64,000 bases of DNA from the human T2T-CHM13v2.0 reference genome, Homo sapiens, in the NCBI RefSeq assembly GCF_009914755.1, contig NC_060946.1; one strand, written 5' to 3'. The notes under the pieces are model-generated. The model did no database searches. It was not told the DNA's origin and saw only the letters and a list, made by a program, of their open reading frames with translations. A program made the position numbers and the translations under genes. Shown piece after piece: positions 61,352-64,000 of this stretch. Positions within the stretch are counted from its first letter, which is position 1; every line of letters begins with the position of its first letter.

Positions 61352-64000
61352 TATACTGTACATAAAATATCAAATTACCCAAGGTATATATTCTATACTG
61401 TACAAAAAATATCAAATTACCCAAAGCATGTATTATATACTGTACATAAAATATGAAAGTACATCAAATATATATTTTATTCTGTACATAAAATATCAAA
61501 GTACACCAGATATATATTCTATAGTGTACATAAAATATCAAAGTACCCAAACTATACATTATATACTGTACATAAAATATGAAATTACATCAAATATATA
61601 TTATATTAGGTACATAAAATATGAAAGTACATGAAATATAGATTATATACTATACATTAAATACCAAAGTACCCCAAATATATATTTTATACTGTACATG
61701 AAATTTCAAAGTTCACAAACTCTATATTATATACTGTACATAAAATATCAAAGTACCCAAGGTATATATTCTATACTGTACAAAAAATATCAAAGTACCC
61801 AAAGCATGTATTATATACTGTATATAAAATATGAAAGTACATCAAATATATATTTTATTCTGTACATAAAATGTCAAAGTACACCAGATATATATTCTAT
61901 AGTTTACATAAAATAACAAAGTACAAAAACTATAAATTATATACTGTACATAAAATATGAAATTACATCAAATATATATTTGGTACATAAAATATGAAAG
62001 TACATCAAATATAGATTATATACTGTACATAAAATATCAATGTACCCCAAATATATGTTTTATACTCTACATGAAATATCAAAGTTCACAAACCATATAT
62101 TATATACTGTACATAAAATATCAAAGTACCCAAGGTATATATTCTATACTGTACAAAAAATATCAAAGTAACCAAAGTATGTATTATATATTGTACATAA
62201 AATATGAAAGTATATCAAATATATATTTTATTCTGTATATAAAATATCAAAGTACACCAGATATATATTCTATAATGTACATAAAATATCAAAGTACCCA
62301 AACTATACATTATATACTGTACATAAAATATGAAATTACATCAAATATATTTTATATTAGGTACATAAAATATGAAAGTACATCAAATATAGATTATATA
62401 CTGTACATTAAATACCAAAGTACCCCAAATATATATTTTATACTGTACATGAAATATCAAATTTCACAAACTATATATTATATACTGTACATATAATATC
62501 AAAGTACCCGAGGTATATATTCTATACAGTACAAAGAATAACAAAGTACCAAAAACATGTATTATATACTGTACCTAAAATATGAAAGTACATCAAATAT
62601 ATATTTTATTCTCTACATAAAATATCAAAGTACACCAGATATATATTCTATAGTGTACATAAAATATCAAAGTACCCAAACTATACATTATATACTGTAC
62701 ATAAAATATGAAATTACATCAAATATATATTATATTAGGTACATAAAATATGAAAGTACATCAAATATAGATTATATACTGTACATTAAATACCAAAGTA
62801 CCCCAAATATATATTTTATACTGTACATGAAATTTCAAAGTTCACAAACTATATATTATATACTGTACATAAAATATCAAAGTACCCAAGGTATATTTTC
62901 TATACTGTACAAAAAATATCAAAGTACCCAAAGCATGTATTATATTCTGTACATAAAATATGAAAGTACATCAAATATATATTTTATTCTGTACATAAAA
63001 TATCAAAGTACACCAGATATATATTCTATAGTGTACATAAAATAACAAAGTACACAAACTATAAATTATATACTGTACATAAAATATGAAATTACATCAA
63101 ATATATATTAGGTACATAAAATATGAAAGTACATCAAATATAGATTATATACTGTACATAAAATATCAAAGTACCCCAAATATATATTATATACTCTACA
63201 TGAAATATCAAAGTTCACAAACCATATATTATATACTGTACATAAAATATCAAAGTACCCAAGGTATACATTCAATACTGTACAAAAAATATCAAAGTTC
63301 CCAAAGCATGTATTATATACTGTACATAAAATATGAAAGTACATCAAATATATATTTTATTGTGTTCATAAAATATCAAAGTACACCAGATATATATTCT
63401 ATAGTGTACAGAAAATAACAAAGTACACAAACTATAAATTATATACTGTACATAAAATATGAAATTACATCAAATATATATTAGGTACATAAAATATGAA
63501 AGTACATCAAATATAGATTATATACTGTACATTAAATACCAAAGTACCCCAAATATATGTTTTATACTCTACATGAAATATCAAAGTTCACAAACCATAT
63601 ATTATATACTGTACATAAAATATCAAATTACCCAAGGTATATATTCTATACTGTACAAAAAATATCAAAGTAACCAAAGCATGTATTATATATTGTACAT
63701 ATAATATGAAAGTATATCAAATATATAGTTTATTCTGTACATAAAATATCAAAGTACACCAGATATATATTCTATAATGTACATAAAATATCAAAGTACC
63801 CAAACTATACATTATATACTGTACATAAAATATGAAATTACATCAAATATATTTTATATTAGGTACATAAAATATGAAAGTACATCAAATATCGATTATA
63901 TACTGTACATTAAATACCAAAGTACCCCAAATATATATTTTATACTGTACATGAAATATCAAAGTTCACAAACTATATATTATATACTGTACATATAATA
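61352..64000 (+). repeat. Copy of ~29410-32056 (offset 31944), running off the window end
   Basis: Identical translations at 29754/61698, 30013/61957, 30613/62557, 31142/63086, 31515/63459, 31833/63777. Confidence 0.9.

Larger units (their letters stand above)
1..64000 (+). repeat. Human satellite 1A (HSat1A/SAR, classical satellite I) array: 42-bp monomer, 378-bp 9-mer higher-order repeat
   Basis: Every part of the window consists of GTAC-bounded 17-bp (ACATAAAATATCAAAGT) and 25-bp (ACCCAAACTATATATTATATACTGT-like) units, matching the established satellite I A/B structure. Nine distinguishable monomers recur in fixed order; the AGCATG landmark is at 134, 512, 890, and 2360, 2738, 3116, 3494, 3872, 4250 (378-bp steps). 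Family assignment is from recognition of the consensus; chromosome cannot be assigned from the sequence alone. Confidence 0.97.

Noticed and set aside
18884-63347. Short minus-strand ORFs (18884, 31164, 32666, 59833, 63108)
   Set aside because: Chance loss of stop codons in repeat variants; the duplicates simply follow block duplications.
1-64000. CRISPR-like alternation of a conserved 17-bp unit and a variable 25-bp unit
   Set aside because: The 25-bp parts are homologous to one another and cycle every nine monomers; no unique spacers, leader or cas genes.
1-64000. Alpha satellite, CENP-B boxes, HSat1B, HSat2/3 or telomeric repeat
   Set aside because: No 171-bp period, no TTCG..CGGG box, no Alu-containing ~2.4-kb unit, no CATTC or TTAGGG runs.
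1-64000. Inversion or transposon insertion within the array
   Set aside because: The A-rich strand orientation is constant throughout and I saw no foreign sequence, poly(A) tail or target-site duplication; the largest non-register insert is 16 bp.
1-64000. TATA-box-like and forkhead-like (GTAAATA) motifs as promoters or enhancers
   Set aside because: Unavoidable at ~79% AT; no supporting context in the sequence.
1-64000. AT-rich protist or bacterial repeat-protein gene
   Set aside because: Frequent stops and frameshifts, and an exact match to the satellite I 17+25-bp organisation, argue for non-coding primate satellite DNA.

Overview
The whole 64-kb window is one uninterrupted, single-orientation array of human classical satellite 1A (HSat1A / SAR / satellite I). 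The ~79% AT monomer is 42 bp, made of the RsaI (GTAC)-bounded 17-bp unit ACATAAAATAT(C/G)AAAGT and a 25-bp unit such as ACCCAAACTATATATTATATACTGT. Monomers are organised as a 9-monomer, 378-bp higher-order repeat (about 170 copies). I found no gene, RNA gene, transposon or CRISPR array; every ORF in the track is a translation of the repeat (42 bp = 14 codons). The information lies in the layered structure: a homogeneous pure-378-bp domain at 1-6.6 kb; a main domain where a 5-bp deletion yields 373-bp units and 751, 1502 and 3004-bp super-periods; a young 1628-bp tandem duplication; a ~15-kb block recopied 23.5-27.3 kb downstream with whole-unit deletions; and a right end that is a patchwork of left-hand segments. 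The most interesting functional hypotheses (inference only) are that the A-rich strand is saturated with Pumilio response elements (TGTA[C/T/A]ATA) and that the opposite strand carries one polyadenylation-signal-like cassette per 378 bp. Offsets were read by eye from shared variants and the ORF track; boundaries are approximate.
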